From IMG/VR virus record IMGVR_UViG_3300044715_001089: a stretch of DNA of 64,000 nucleotides, one strand, 5' to 3'. This DNA comes from an uncultured virus (IMG/VR IMGVR_UViG_3300044715_001089) (lineage: Duplodnaviria; Heunggongvirae; Uroviricota; Caudoviricetes). Numbering within the stretch: position 1 is the first letter of the stretch; every line of letters begins with the position of its first letter. The notes beneath the pieces are model-generated. The model saw nothing but the letters and a program-made list of their open reading frames with translations, had not been told where the DNA came from and did not search any database. Of this stretch, positions 10,299 through 21,207 are shown piece after piece. The position numbers and the translations under genes were made by a program.

Positions 10299-11020
10299 TG
10301 ACAGAAAAGATTACAGTTAAAAAAAATAATTTTACATTTAATGTAATAGATGATGATTTATTTCATAGACCACCAGGTTTTGACTATTGGGAAAAATTCT
10401 ATCCAGATTCAGAGCCTTCTGTATTCAGAGCATATGACAAATATTTGAATAAACAAAAAGACTTCTTAGACATAGGTGCGTGGATTGGTCCAAACACCCT
10501 ATATGCAGCGGAGCTTTCCAGAAAAGTAATAGCTGTTGAACCAGATCCAGTGGCTTTTAGTTTTTTACAGAAAAATATAGAAGCTAACAAATTTAAAAAT
10601 GTTATTCTTTTGGAAAAGGCATTCTCTTCAAGCAAGCAAGTAGCAATAGATCCTAGTGTTGAACTAGGTGACTCAATGACGAGAGTATTAGATTCTGTTA
10701 ATCCAGGTAGGGAAATAGTAGATGGGGTTGATATGGAAGAGCTTCTTTCCTTAGGCGATTACTCGTTAATCAAGGTAGATATTGAAGGTTATGAATCAAT
10801 AGCAATACCTTCTTTTGAAGAATCTTTAATGAAAGCAAAAATACCAATGGTACTGTCTTTGCATACTTCTTTTAATCCGAATAGAGAAGAAGGTCATCGT
10901 AGTCTGGTAGCATCATTATCTAAAATATACACCCACGCTTTTGACGATTATGACAATTGCATAGATATAAAAGACCTGCCTGAAGGCTTTGGCTGCTTTC
11001 TGCTTACCAATGAGGAGTAG
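10286..11020 (+). CDS. FkbM-family methyltransferase (start probably ATG 10298)
   Basis: 'FLDIGAWIG', 'VIAVEPDP', 'IKVDIEGYE'. Confidence 0.9.
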   Translation: MVSLMTEKITVKKNNFTFNVIDDDLFHRPPGFDYWEKFYPDSEPSVFRAYDKYLNKQKDFLDIGAWIGPNTLYAAELSRKVIAVEPDPVAFSFLQKNIEANKFKNVILLEKAFSSSKQVAIDPSVELGDSMTRVLDSVNPGREIVDGVDMEELLSLGDYSLIKVDIEGYESIAIPSFEESLMKAKIPMVLSLHTSFNPNREEGHRSLVASLSKIYTHAFDDYDNCIDIKDLPEGFGCFLLTNEE

Positions 11021-11022
11021 TT

Positions 11023-11691
11023 TTGTTTATAATACCGTGTAAATTTGACTCTAATTATCCTGTTATTTTCGAATGCATTGATTCTATAATGCGTTTTCAT
11101 CCAAATGAAAAAATAGTTATCGTAGATTCTGATTCAAATGATAAATCATATTTTCAAGACATAGACTCTTCAGTTGTCATATATGATGTTGAGAATAGGC
11201 ATTACGCCCTAGAGGCTTATAACATAGGTTATAAAAATAATCCAGAAGAAGACTTTTATTACTGTATTCATGACTCTCTTGTATTGAAAGATAATATTGA
11301 TTTTGTAAAAAGTAGCAAACTTACTACTATAAGATGGTGGGATTCTCCACCGGTTCCAATAGGCAGAGATGCAAATGACAATGATCTGTCTGTATGGGCG
11401 GATTCAGTTATGAGAGAGTCCGTAGGGTATGGAGTGCCTGGTATTTATAAAGGTGTTTTCGGCCCGATGATGTTGTGCCAAGATCAGGTAATGAAAGATC
11501 TATCTGATTGTGGATTTTTTAATATACTTCCAAATAATAAATATGAATCATGCGCAACTGAAAGAATACTAGGTATGGTATTGGGGGAGTTAGGCTATGA
11601 TGTTACCAATTCTTTGCAAGGTCCTATGGGCGATTTTTATGGTTCGTATGATGAAACATACGTAAAGAAAAACTATCTACTAAGAATGTGA
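11023..11691 (+). CDS. Putative glycosyltransferase
   Basis: 'IVIVDSDS', 'CIHDS', 'ERILG'; lies in the glycosylation cluster. Confidence 0.65.
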   Translation: MFIIPCKFDSNYPVIFECIDSIMRFHPNEKIVIVDSDSNDKSYFQDIDSSVVIYDVENRHYALEAYNIGYKNNPEEDFYYCIHDSLVLKDNIDFVKSSKLTTIRWWDSPPVPIGRDANDNDLSVWADSVMRESVGYGVPGIYKGVFGPMMLCQDQVMKDLSDCGFFNILPNNKYESCATERILGMVLGELGYDVTNSLQGPMGDFYGSYDETYVKKNYLLRM

Positions 11692-11695
11692 TCAT

Positions 11696-13066
11696 ATGAA
11701 TAATTTAGCTATATTTGATTTAGACGGAGTACTTCTCGATAGCAGAGAAGTCCACTATCACGCACTAAACAAAGCCCTTGCTTTTTTTGGTGACCAATAC
11801 ACAATTTCCAGAGAAGAGCACTTAAGCATATACGATGGTCTACCAACAACTAAGAAATTAAATACATTATCAGAATCAAAAGGGCTACCTGCTAATTTGC
11901 ACAATGCTGTGTGGCAAAAAAAACAAGAAGAAACATTGTCGATTTTTGATAATTTATATCAAGATGAAGAACTAATTTCTTATTTTAAAAGAATAAAAGA
12001 CAATAATATAAAAATAGCAGTAGCTTCAAATAGCGTTAGAGACACAGTAAAACTAGTTCTTCTTAAGCTGGGCTTAATCAAGTATGTAGATTACTTCATG
12101 AGTAACGACGATGTAAAAAGAACTAAACCTTTTCCGGAAATGTATTGGCGATGCATGATTGCGTGTAATGCCCTACCTAAAAATTGTGTGATAATCGAAG
12201 ATAGTCACATAGGAAGACAGGGGGCTTTAGATAGCGGAGCTAATCTAATTGCCGTAGAAAATAGAGATGATTTAAATGTTAAAAAAATTGATAAAATCAT
12301 TAATATTCTTTCTCAAAAAGAAGAAAAAAATATACCTTGGAGATCAGAAAAAATGAATGTATTAATACCAATGGCTGGAGCGGGAAGTAGATTCGAAGCA
12401 GCTGGATACACATTTCCAAAACCTTTAATAGAAGTTAATGGAAAACCGATGATTCAAGTGGTTGTGGAGAATTTAAACATTGAGGCAAATTATATATTCA
12501 TAGTGCAAAAAGAACACTATGAGAAATACAATTTACAGTATTTGCTTAAGCTTATAGCCCCAAATTGCAAAATAGTGCAAGTTGATTCGCTTACAGAGGG
12601 AGCAGCATGCACGACTCTTTTGGCAAAAGAATTAATAGATAATGACAGTCCTTTGATAATGGCTAACTCAGATCAATTTGTGGAATGGAATAGCAATGAG
12701 GCGCTGTACGCCTTTAATGCGGACGGAATAGATGGTGGAATTTTAACATTTGAGGCCTCGCATCCCAAGTGGTCTTATGCAAAGTTAAATGAAGACGGAT
12801 TTGTTTCAGAAGTTGCCGAAAAAAAACCTATTAGCAATTTGGCTACCGTTGGCATTTACTTCTGGAAAAAGGGTTCCGACTATGTAAAATATGCGGAGCA
12901 AATGATAGATAAAGATATTAGAACAAATGGTGAGTTTTATGTTTGCCCTGTATTCAATCAAGCTATAGAAGATGGTAAAAAAATTAGAGTAAAAAATATA
13001 GAAAAGATGTGGGGAATTGGTACACCAGAAGACCTTAACTATTTCTTACAAAATTATACAAAATGA
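11696..13066 (+). CDS. HAD phosphatase fused to sugar nucleotidyltransferase-like domain
   Basis: N-terminal 'FDLDGVLLDS', 'KPFP', 'IEDS'; C-terminal 'IPMAGAGSRF...PKPLI', 'EKKPIS', 'GTPEDL'. Confidence 0.9.
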   Translation: MNNLAIFDLDGVLLDSREVHYHALNKALAFFGDQYTISREEHLSIYDGLPTTKKLNTLSESKGLPANLHNAVWQKKQEETLSIFDNLYQDEELISYFKRIKDNNIKIAVASNSVRDTVKLVLLKLGLIKYVDYFMSNDDVKRTKPFPEMYWRCMIACNALPKNCVIIEDSHIGRQGALDSGANLIAVENRDDLNVKKIDKIINILSQKEEKNIPWRSEKMNVLIPMAGAGSRFEAAGYTFPKPLIEVNGKPMIQVVVENLNIEANYIFIVQKEHYEKYNLQYLLKLIAPNCKIVQVDSLTEGAACTTLLAKELIDNDSPLIMANSDQFVEWNSNEALYAFNADGIDGGILTFEASHPKWSYAKLNEDGFVSEVAEKKPISNLATVGIYFWKKGSDYVKYAEQMIDKDIRTNGEFYVCPVFNQAIEDGKKIRVKNIEKMWGIGTPEDLNYFLQNYTK

Positions 13067-13500
13067 AATTAATTGCACATAGAGGCAACTACGCCGGTAT
13101 TAAAAAAGATCTAGAAAATAGTCCAGAGTATATTGAAGAAGCTTTATCTCAAGGATACGATGTAGAGATAGACATTAGACTATTTGATGGGTCTTGGTAT
13201 TTAGGTCATGATGAAGCTCAATATAAAATTAATATAAAAGACTATTTAGATAAAAGATACTGGCTACATTGCAAGAATTCAGAAGCATTTGAATCTTTAT
13301 TCAATGATTACCCCAATGCTAACTTTTTTTGGCATCAGACAGATGAGTATACGATGACATCTTCAGGTTTAATATGGGCTTTTCCAGGAGTTAAAAAACT
13401 AAATAACAGTGTTGTACTATTCCCAAAAAAACCAGAAGACATAATAAATGTATATGGAATTTGTGATAACGATTTTTCAAAGATTAAATTATGGATTTAG
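13063..13500 (+). CDS. Glycerophosphodiester phosphodiesterase-like protein
   Basis: 'LIAHRGN', 'ENS', 'DVEIDI', 'LGHD', 'WLHCKN'. Confidence 0.8.
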   Translation: MKLIAHRGNYAGIKKDLENSPEYIEEALSQGYDVEIDIRLFDGSWYLGHDEAQYKINIKDYLDKRYWLHCKNSEAFESLFNDYPNANFFWHQTDEYTMTSSGLIWAFPGVKKLNNSVVLFPKKPEDIINVYGICDNDFSKIKLWI

Positions 13501-14127
13501 TTTTAATTCGGAGCTGGTGGGCATTCTAGAGATTTAGAATACCTGGCTCATTCTGATAAATATGAATATTGGAATGTCATAGGCTATTTAGACGACGACC
13601 CATCTGTTAATAATGGCGATTTACTTGGTGATGTATCTTTTATAAATTTTTTATTAGATAAATATCCAAATTTAAAATATACAATAGCTATTAACTCGTC
13701 TAGAATAAGAAGAGAAATAGAATCAAATATAAATAGAATCGAACGTGCTGCCAATCTGATACATGAAACGGCTGTAGTTGGAACACAGTGTCAATACGGA
13801 AATGGTTTAACAATGGGTCCATATTCTGTTTTAACCACTAAAGTTAATCTTGGTGTCCACGTACATGTAAACACAGCTGCATCCATTAATCAGTCCAGTA
13901 CAATAGGGGATTATTGCACGGTTAGTCCTGGAGCTAGAATCTGCGGAGATGTCAATGTAGGGGAAGCTACTTCTATAGGAGCTGGTAGTGTCATAATTAA
14001 CTTTAAGAGCGTAGGATCAAACTGTACGCTAGGAGCTGGAACAGTTGTTATAGATCACATAAACGATAACGCTACTGTAGTTGGCGTTCCCGGTAGGGAG
14101 ATCAAAAGATTCGGGGAATACATTTAG
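13491..14127 (+). CDS. NeuD/PglD-type sugar acetyltransferase with +1 break at CGGA 13509-13512 (fused ~211 aa)
   Basis: MDLVLI-[CGGA]-AGGHSRD restores the N-terminal IGAGGH motif; then 'GYLDD', hexapeptide repeats and 'VVGVPG'. Confidence 0.9.
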
Positions 14128-14172
14128 TCGTTACTATTATTAACACGATAGTATATAAGGAGAATAAATAAA

Positions 14173-14706
14173 ATGGCAAGAAAGTATACAGGCAACTCAG
14201 ACGGTGATGGCAAGGGCGCAAAGCCTGGCACTCAAAAGCTAATTGAACTATGCGGAAAGCGTTGGAAGTTCACTAACCTTGGAGCTTATTCAAATCGCTT
14301 AATGCGTAACTCCAATACCGCTGGTAAAAAGCTAGGCGATCCTGGTATGGAAAAGTGGCTATCAGTTCATGCAACAGGTCGTGCATGTGACGTTGGTTAT
14401 ACAGATCGTAAAGCTGCAGTTGAAGCTTGGGATTGGTTTCTTAAGTATTCAAAAGAGCTTGGCATTGAAGAGATTCATGACTATGCTTTCGATGCTGACA
14501 AGGCAGACAAAAACGTTGGCTACGGTCGTGGATACCGCTGTTCCCGTGGCGAAGGGGTCAAGGGCGTAAAAATTTACGATGCTAAAGACAACGCCGGAAG
14601 TTTCGGTGGCAAATGGCTTCACTTTGAATTATCTCCAGAAATGGCTAATGACGCTGCAAAGTTTGAAGCTGCATGGAGAGCAACGCCAAAACCAGGCGCA
14701 GCTTAA
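14173..14706 (+). CDS. Peptidase M15-like endolysin/peptidoglycan hydrolase
   Basis: 'SVHATGRACD' and 'WLHFE' zinc motifs; AGGAG SD. Confidence 0.7.
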   Translation: MARKYTGNSDGDGKGAKPGTQKLIELCGKRWKFTNLGAYSNRLMRNSNTAGKKLGDPGMEKWLSVHATGRACDVGYTDRKAAVEAWDWFLKYSKELGIEEIHDYAFDADKADKNVGYGRGYRCSRGEGVKGVKIYDAKDNAGSFGGKWLHFELSPEMANDAAKFEAAWRATPKPGAA

Positions 14707-14899
14707 TGTTGAAAGCGATATTAGTAATATCTATTGTCGCTTCAATGTTTGCAATGCCTCTTGCCATATTGGCTATTGTATTTGACGGAATTAAAAAATC
14801 TGATCCAGATATAGAAATAGATTAAATATTTTACCTTCAGTAGTAGTAGAGATTAGTATCTTATGATATACTGATCTCCTTGCAACGGAGGCCGGTGCG

Positions 14900-14939
14900 A
14901 AGCCCCAGTGGATTAATTTCTACTGGGGCTTTTCCCTTT
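14900..14939 (+). terminator. Intrinsic terminator
   Basis: AAGCCCCAGTGG...CTACTGGGGCTT followed by TTCCCTTT. Confidence 0.75.
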
Positions 14940-15012
14940 CTCAGTTAGGATTCACTAATGAAAAATCCTTGATGATCATTACTATTATTCTTGAACATCG
15001 GAGGGCTGACTG

Positions 15013-18012
15013 ATGAGAATAATACCACGTCGTGGATCATGGATACTTGTATTATTATTTGTTATTGCTTGGATTTCCCCAATAACAGCAAGGGCTACAG
15101 GTAGTTCTGTATCTATACCAAATGCTGGATTTGAAGACGGCACGCTAACTGGCTGGTCTAGAGGGTCACAAACTGGAACACTTGGCACTTCAATTAACGG
15201 TGGCGGAACTGGTGTAACAATATTCAATGGCTCTAGAACATTTACTCATGGCGCAAATGGAGCAATGGGGAGCCCAACGATTACCAGGGTAATCCCAAAC
15301 ACCTCTCCTGCACAATACGAAACAATCGACAATCCTTACTATGCTGCAGCAGTTGCTGCAGGCAGCTGGACTTTTTCTCCAAAGGGCGGAACATATGCTG
15401 TTGCCCTGCAGCCAAAAGGTGAGCAAACGTTTACTCAAGCTACTGCAGCACTTGGTCTTTCTGCAACTCAAACATCTCAGATAACAACAATGCTGTCGTC
15501 ACAAGCACAGGCATCTGGTTTTGGCGGTGGCAATCCAACTGATGCAGCATGGATTACTCGTGAAGTTCAATTAACTGCTGGCATTACATACACAATGTCT
15601 TGGAACTATATGGCAACTGACTACGTTCCATTTAATGATGGATCTATTACGTCTCTTGTTCCTGTCACCGTTGCGTCGACTCCAGCAATCACAGTTAATA
15701 ACTTTAATCAGTCGTACGCACTGTTAGGATTTTCTAACCCTGGCACAGGTGACTACTCGACAAACTCCTACGGTGCTACTGGTTGGCAAGTATCAACATA
15801 TAAAGTATCTGTTACTGGAACTTATAAATTAGGCTTTACATCGTTCAACTTGGATGACCAAGGATTGCCACCGGTGCTGATGGTTGATGACCAAATAGGA
15901 ACAACACTGTCTTGCAATCAATCTGGTGGCTCATGTGCGGTCTTTGGTGGAGTTGAGCCAAACAACGAAACAGCCCCAACAGCTCCACCGACCACGACAA
16001 CAACGTCTACCTCGACAACGACCACAACTGTTGCTCCATACTTGAATTCAGTTACGGACCTGACTGCAACTTCAAACGCAGACGGAAGTGTGGACCTCGA
16101 CTGGGACGCACCAACATCAAGCATTGTTGATATCTACGGGTATGCTGTGACCTTCTATGACTTAGATGAAATTGGTGGAACACAGTCGGGTGGTTGGGGA
16201 GTTTCAACCAACCAAGGAACCAACTACTCCTTAAGTACGGAATTCTTCTCTGGTAGCAATCCTGTCACGACAGGTTACGGACCTGTTCGCTTTGGTGTTA
16301 AGGCGGGAAATCAAAGTTGTTTCTCTAGTGAAGGCGTAGGTCCATGTGTATATGGACCGGAAATAACTGTTGATGCAACAGTTGTCAACCCAAATCCGAC
16401 TACTACAACAACTACTACGCAACCAGCGGTTGTTCCCCCTCCTATTGAAACTATTCCAACAGAAAACACTACTGTTACAATTCCTGAACTAGGACCAACG
16501 GTTACAACAATTTCTCCGCCTACAACAACTGTTATAGAAACAATATTTGAGCCAATAGATACGCCAGATAATAATCTAGACCCAGTAACAACTCCAGAAA
16601 TTGATCCAACTCCAGTTGTTATACCTGAAGATCCAACTCCAGAAATAATAGTTCCTAAAGATACGCAAGACGCTGCAGACGCTGCAGTGGAAGACATCTT
16701 TGACGGTCCTATGTCAAATGGCAAGCTAGCAGACGCTGTTGATGGCTTAGTCGCAGACGCAGAAACACCTGAAGCGCTAACCGCGGTGGTCAACTCATTG
16801 CTCGATCAAGAACTAACAGACACTCAGTTTGCTACAGTTATTGAATCGGTGTTTGATGGCCCTATGTCGAACGAGAACTTTGCTGCAGCTGTAAATACTG
16901 TATTCGAGGACCCAACTCAATTATCTGATGCACAGTTTGAAGACGCTGTTACCGCAGTATTTGATGGTCCACTGTCTGATGCTCAGTTTGAAGATGCAGT
17001 CGCTGCAATATTCGAAGACACTAAGACCCTAAGCGATGAGCAGTTTGACGCCGCAGTCCAAACCGTGTTTGACGGGCCATTGTCCACAGAGCAGTTCAGT
17101 GATGCGTTAGACAATATCTTTGATGAGCCTATCTCAGATGATAAATTTACTTCTGTTATTGATTCAGTTTTAGATGCCCCTATATCTAATGAGCAGTTTG
17201 AGGAACTGGTTGGGGTCTTGGAGTCAGACACCATTACGGAAGATCAAGTCTCGGATGCTGTTGACTCGGTTATTGAGAATGGCGTTACCGAAGATCAGGC
17301 TACCGACCTTGCTACCAGCGAGAAAGTCTTGGAAAGCATTGACACAGATCAGGCAGCTGAGATCTTTGATGCTATCCCGGTTGGTGACTTGTCGACGGAA
17401 GAAGAGGCAGCCTTGGTGGCTGCAGTCTCCGATGCTCCAGATGAAATTAAAGATGAATTTGAAACTCAAATTGACATCTACGGTGAAGGTCTTGATGACT
17501 ACGTGCCAACTGGATCTAGTGTAGACGTAGGTTCTCGTAGAACTCTATTGGCTGCAACTGCAGCCCTATCAGCAGCTACAGTAGGCATGGGTGCGGGCAC
17601 TGGGTCATCTGGTCCATCGGGTGGTCCCGGTGGCTCAGGAGGGGGCTCAGGTGGCTCAGGAGGGGGACCTGGCGATGGCAGCAATACCAACGGTCGCAAA
17701 GAAGATGAGAATCCAGACGGCGAAGAAGAAGAGGACGCTGAAATAGAAGGTCCCGAAGATCAAGAAGATAACCACTTTACAAGAAATAGTATATTTAAAT
17801 ACGAGGAGGAAACAATGAAAAGGAAATTTAGTCCATGGGGCTTTATTAAAAAATTCTCAAGAGAGACTTCAGCACTAGCTTTCACTATCTCAGGTAGCGT
17901 CGTAGTGTTTGCAACTCTTTCTGGGGAAACAAGAAAGATTACCATCATAGCTACAGGCTGTGCTTTCTTAGTCCACTATATCCACGCCATGATTAAAAAT
18001 GATGAGGATTAA
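15013..18012 (+). CDS. Large exported, membrane-anchored protein (signal peptide, beta domain, FN3-like, Thr/Pro linkers, acidic repeats, C-terminal TM)
   Basis: Hydrophobic N-terminus, 'IPNAGFEDG', 'LDWDAP', repeated 'VFDGPLSDAQFEDAV' units, two TM segments at the end. Confidence 0.75.
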   Translation: MRIIPRRGSWILVLLFVIAWISPITARATGSSVSIPNAGFEDGTLTGWSRGSQTGTLGTSINGGGTGVTIFNGSRTFTHGANGAMGSPTITRVIPNTSPAQYETIDNPYYAAAVAAGSWTFSPKGGTYAVALQPKGEQTFTQATAALGLSATQTSQITTMLSSQAQASGFGGGNPTDAAWITREVQLTAGITYTMSWNYMATDYVPFNDGSITSLVPVTVASTPAITVNNFNQSYALLGFSNPGTGDYSTNSYGATGWQVSTYKVSVTGTYKLGFTSFNLDDQGLPPVLMVDDQIGTTLSCNQSGGSCAVFGGVEPNNETAPTAPPTTTTTSTSTTTTTVAPYLNSVTDLTATSNADGSVDLDWDAPTSSIVDIYGYAVTFYDLDEIGGTQSGGWGVSTNQGTNYSLSTEFFSGSNPVTTGYGPVRFGVKAGNQSCFSSEGVGPCVYGPEITVDATVVNPNPTTTTTTTQPAVVPPPIETIPTENTTVTIPELGPTVTTISPPTTTVIETIFEPIDTPDNNLDPVTTPEIDPTPVVIPEDPTPEIIVPKDTQDAADAAVEDIFDGPMSNGKLADAVDGLVADAETPEALTAVVNSLLDQELTDTQFATVIESVFDGPMSNENFAAAVNTVFEDPTQLSDAQFEDAVTAVFDGPLSDAQFEDAVAAIFEDTKTLSDEQFDAAVQTVFDGPLSTEQFSDALDNIFDEPISDDKFTSVIDSVLDAPISNEQFEELVGVLESDTITEDQVSDAVDSVIENGVTEDQATDLATSEKVLESIDTDQAAEIFDAIPVGDLSTEEEAALVAAVSDAPDEIKDEFETQIDIYGEGLDDYVPTGSSVDVGSRRTLLAATAALSAATVGMGAGTGSSGPSGGPGGSGGGSGGSGGGPGDGSNTNGRKEDENPDGEEEEDAEIEGPEDQEDNHFTRNSIFKYEEETMKRKFSPWGFIKKFSRETSALAFTISGSVVVFATLSGETRKITIIATGCAFLVHYIHAMIKNDED

Positions 18013-18255
18013 ATGAAGACTACATATAATATAATTTTAAGAATAGTAGCTACATTTGCTGCGTCGGGACTTAGCGTCATCGGTGCTGGTGCCATTGCTG
18101 GTGTTTCACTGTGGAAAGCTTGCTTTATGGCTGGGATGGCTGGAGTAGCTACGGTAGTAGAGGGCTTGTCTAGAGCATTTTTAGATGATGGAAAGTTAAC
18201 ATCAACTGAAATCAATCAAGTTTTTACTAAAGTAGACAAAAAAGCTCAAGCTTAA
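18013..18255 (+). CDS. Holin-like two-TM protein
   Basis: 80 aa; 'RIVATF', two hydrophobic helices, charged tail 'DDGKLTSTEINQVF'. Confidence 0.55.
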   Translation: MKTTYNIILRIVATFAASGLSVIGAGAIAGVSLWKACFMAGMAGVATVVEGLSRAFLDDGKLTSTEINQVFTKVDKKAQA

Positions 18256-18360
18256 ATCATTTAATCATATGAGTTCTGATTATTAAGGGTTGAAACAATT
18301 ACTATATAGTCATGTTCCGGCTCATTTATTTAGAGCTAATTATTTTAAGAGGATATATTA

Positions 18361-21207
18361 ATGGCATTACCTAGACCAATAATAGCACCTGGACAATTAG
18401 CTATTGACCCAAGAAATGGTGTCCTTTATTATAAAGACAATTATGGCAATTTAGTCAGTAGCAGTTTAAACTTATTGCAAGATACAGAAACAGCTATAGT
18501 CACTGAAGATGACGTAACTATTACTGGAAATCTTACCGTTACTGGAACAACAATAACTTTAAATTCAGAAACAGTTACAGTAGAAGATAATATATTAGTA
18601 TTAAATTCCAATGTCACTGGAGCTCCAACTGAAAATGCTGGTATTGAAATTGAGCGTGGAACTTCTACAAACGTTCAAATCAGATGGAACGAAGCATCAG
18701 ATAAATGGCAGTTCACGAATGATGGAACTACATTTTTAGATTTAAATTCAATTACTGAAAATTCAATAGCTTTAGGATTTCATACTACTGGTGATTATAC
18801 TAAGAATTTGGTCGCCGGCACTGGTGTGACCTTATCTAATAACACTGGTGAAGGTGCAACCCCAACAATTTCAATTGGTCAAGATGTTGCTACTACCGCT
18901 AGCCCTACTTTTGCAAGAGTTACAGCACCTTTAACTGGAGATGTTACTGGAAATTTAACAGGCAATGTAGCTGGAAATCTTACAGGTAACGTTACAGGAA
19001 ATTTGGCTGGAAACGTTACGGGAACTGTTTCAGATATATCTAATCATGGAATAAATAATCTTTCAGATGTAACGATAACCTCTTCTGCAGATGGCGATTT
19101 CTTAAGATGGACAGGCTCTGCTTGGGTAAATGACGCTGTAAATTTAACTTCAGATACAGTTGGAGATTACGTTAAAAACTTAGTTCAAGGTAATGGTTTA
19201 ACTATTTCCAATAATTCAGGAGAAGGTGCAACTCCTAATATCGCAATTGATACATCAATAGTTCAGACCCGTATTGCCAATGTTACAGACACTGAAATTG
19301 GATATCTTGATGGAGTTACTTCATCAATCCAAAACCAGTTAAATAGTAAGCCTTCAATTATTCCAATAACAAATAAGTTATATATCGACTACCTTCGTGC
19401 CGATTCTTACACTCCAACTGGGACTAGAGAGTATCCATACAAAACAGTAGCTTCCGCTTACACTGCTGCCGTGGCGACCGTATCTTCAACAAATCCCCTT
19501 GTTTTAGTTTTATTGAGTGGAAACACTCTTCCAACTGCTGAAAATATCACCTTTTCTAAAGGTCACTTATTCCTAACAGCCGAAAATAGTTCCGGAACAC
19601 ATGCACCAATCATATTTTTTGGTTCACTTACTTTTACTGGTCCAAACACAACAATAAGCGAAAACCATTTTGCTATATCTAACATAGAAATAGTAGGCGT
19701 ATCTGGGACTTCAGTTGTAACATTTTCTGGTTCATATCCTCAGAGATTATTCTTAAAAGATGTATGGATTACCGCAGAAGGATCTAGTCATGGAATAACA
19801 ATGACAAATACTGGAGCATTGTCTACCGTTCATGTTAATGATTCAAAGTTTAGTCACAATGGATCAGGCCACTATCACTGTATACATGTTGCCGCTGGAA
19901 TTGCAAACTTGGATACTATTGAAACATCTGGTGCTAACGTTGCAGTTATAGGAGTCGATGGTGGTACTTGTAACCTGTTTCACTCTATAATTACAAGCGG
20001 TGGTGCTTATGCAGTAGATGTTTATGCTGGAGGAGTATTAACTACAGCAAATTGTCAAATAATAACAACAGCAGCAAACTCGTCAGGTATAAAACTTGAT
20101 GCAGCTACTGCTTACGCTGTTTTAGGAAATACGTTCTTTAGTGTGCCAGTTAGTGCAACTACGGGTAGAGCAATTTATGGAGTTGCCGGTACAGCTCTCT
20201 ATTATTCAAACCTTACATTTTTGCCGGGATCAAACCTTCAAATTGATTCCGCAATTACAAAAACACAAATAGATGATTTTGGTGGACCAAAATCTGCGTA
20301 CACATCTGCTATCACCTATACTGATACTGCAGTAAATCTTAAAGCCAACAGTGCAACGCCGACTTTTACTGGCATGGTTACCGCACCATATTTAACAGTT
20401 AATGGAATAGAAATACAAACTTCTGGAGCATCTGATACTGAAGTATTAAAATACAATGCCTCGCTAAATAAATATATGCCAGGAGTAGCTTCTACGGTAG
20501 CTAATTTAGATGATTTAATAGACGTAAATGCACCATCGCCTAGTTCTGACCAAGTTTTAGCTTGGGATAACGCAACTAGTAAATGGGTCAATAAAGCATT
20601 TACCGCTACAATATCTACTTTAGATGGTGTTGGTGACGTTCAGATAGTAAGCCCTGCTGTAAGTGATGTTTTATCTTGGGACGGAACAAAATGGATAAAT
20701 GCTTATTTATCAATGGATGGAACTACACATAGTGAAGACGTTGGTGATGGCACAAGCAAAACAATTACAGTTAACCATAATTTAGCTACTCGAGATCTAG
20801 TAGTTCTTACTAAAGATAATTTTGCACCTTATTCTTCTTTTATTACGGCATGGGACGCAGTAACAACTGATTCTGTAGTTTTATATTTTGATTCACCACC
20901 CGCATTAAATGCTGTAAGAGTAAATGTCTACAGTACAATAAGTGGACAAGCTGTAGGCCCCGCTGGCCCTGCAGGTCCAACTGGCCCTACTGGAGCTGCT
21001 TCTAGTGTACCTGGCCCGACTGGTCCTACGGGCCCAGCTGGACCAACAGGTCCTACAGGAGCACCTGGCTCTAATGGTGATGCGGGTGCTACTGGACCAA
21101 CAGGCCCTACTGGTCCTACTGGTCCTGCAGGATTTTCTGCTATAACAGTATCTTCAGCGACTCCATCAGGAGGCACTGACGGAGATTTCTGGGTCGTGTA
21201 TTCCTAA
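18361..21207 (+). CDS. Tail fibre/virion fibre protein with collagen repeat
   Basis: 'VEDNILVLN...AGIEIERG...WNE', GNVTG repeats, 'LDDLIDV...QVLAWD' modules, Gly-X-Y run. Confidence 0.8.
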   Translation: MALPRPIIAPGQLAIDPRNGVLYYKDNYGNLVSSSLNLLQDTETAIVTEDDVTITGNLTVTGTTITLNSETVTVEDNILVLNSNVTGAPTENAGIEIERGTSTNVQIRWNEASDKWQFTNDGTTFLDLNSITENSIALGFHTTGDYTKNLVAGTGVTLSNNTGEGATPTISIGQDVATTASPTFARVTAPLTGDVTGNLTGNVAGNLTGNVTGNLAGNVTGTVSDISNHGINNLSDVTITSSADGDFLRWTGSAWVNDAVNLTSDTVGDYVKNLVQGNGLTISNNSGEGATPNIAIDTSIVQTRIANVTDTEIGYLDGVTSSIQNQLNSKPSIIPITNKLYIDYLRADSYTPTGTREYPYKTVASAYTAAVATVSSTNPLVLVLLSGNTLPTAENITFSKGHLFLTAENSSGTHAPIIFFGSLTFTGPNTTISENHFAISNIEIVGVSGTSVVTFSGSYPQRLFLKDVWITAEGSSHGITMTNTGALSTVHVNDSKFSHNGSGHYHCIHVAAGIANLDTIETSGANVAVIGVDGGTCNLFHSIITSGGAYAVDVYAGGVLTTANCQIITTAANSSGIKLDAATAYAVLGNTFFSVPVSATTGRAIYGVAGTALYYSNLTFLPGSNLQIDSAITKTQIDDFGGPKSAYTSAITYTDTAVNLKANSATPTFTGMVTAPYLTVNGIEIQTSGASDTEVLKYNASLNKYMPGVASTVANLDDLIDVNAPSPSSDQVLAWDNATSKWVNKAFTATISTLDGVGDVQIVSPAVSDVLSWDGTKWINAYLSMDGTTHSEDVGDGTSKTITVNHNLATRDLVVLTKDNFAPYSSFITAWDAVTTDSVVLYFDSPPALNAVRVNVYSTISGQAVGPAGPAGPTGPTGAASSVPGPTGPTGPAGPTGPTGAPGSNGDAGATGPTGPTGPTGPAGFSAITVSSATPSGGTDGDFWVVYS
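20956..21132 (+). repeat. Collagen-like Gly-X-Y repeat
   Basis: [13 protein letters not shown]... coding repeat. Confidence 0.9.

Noticed and set aside
14985..17948. Antisense and alternate-frame ORFs in the ORF track (here and throughout)
   Set aside because: They are shadows of longer motif-bearing genes and lack SDs or motifs.
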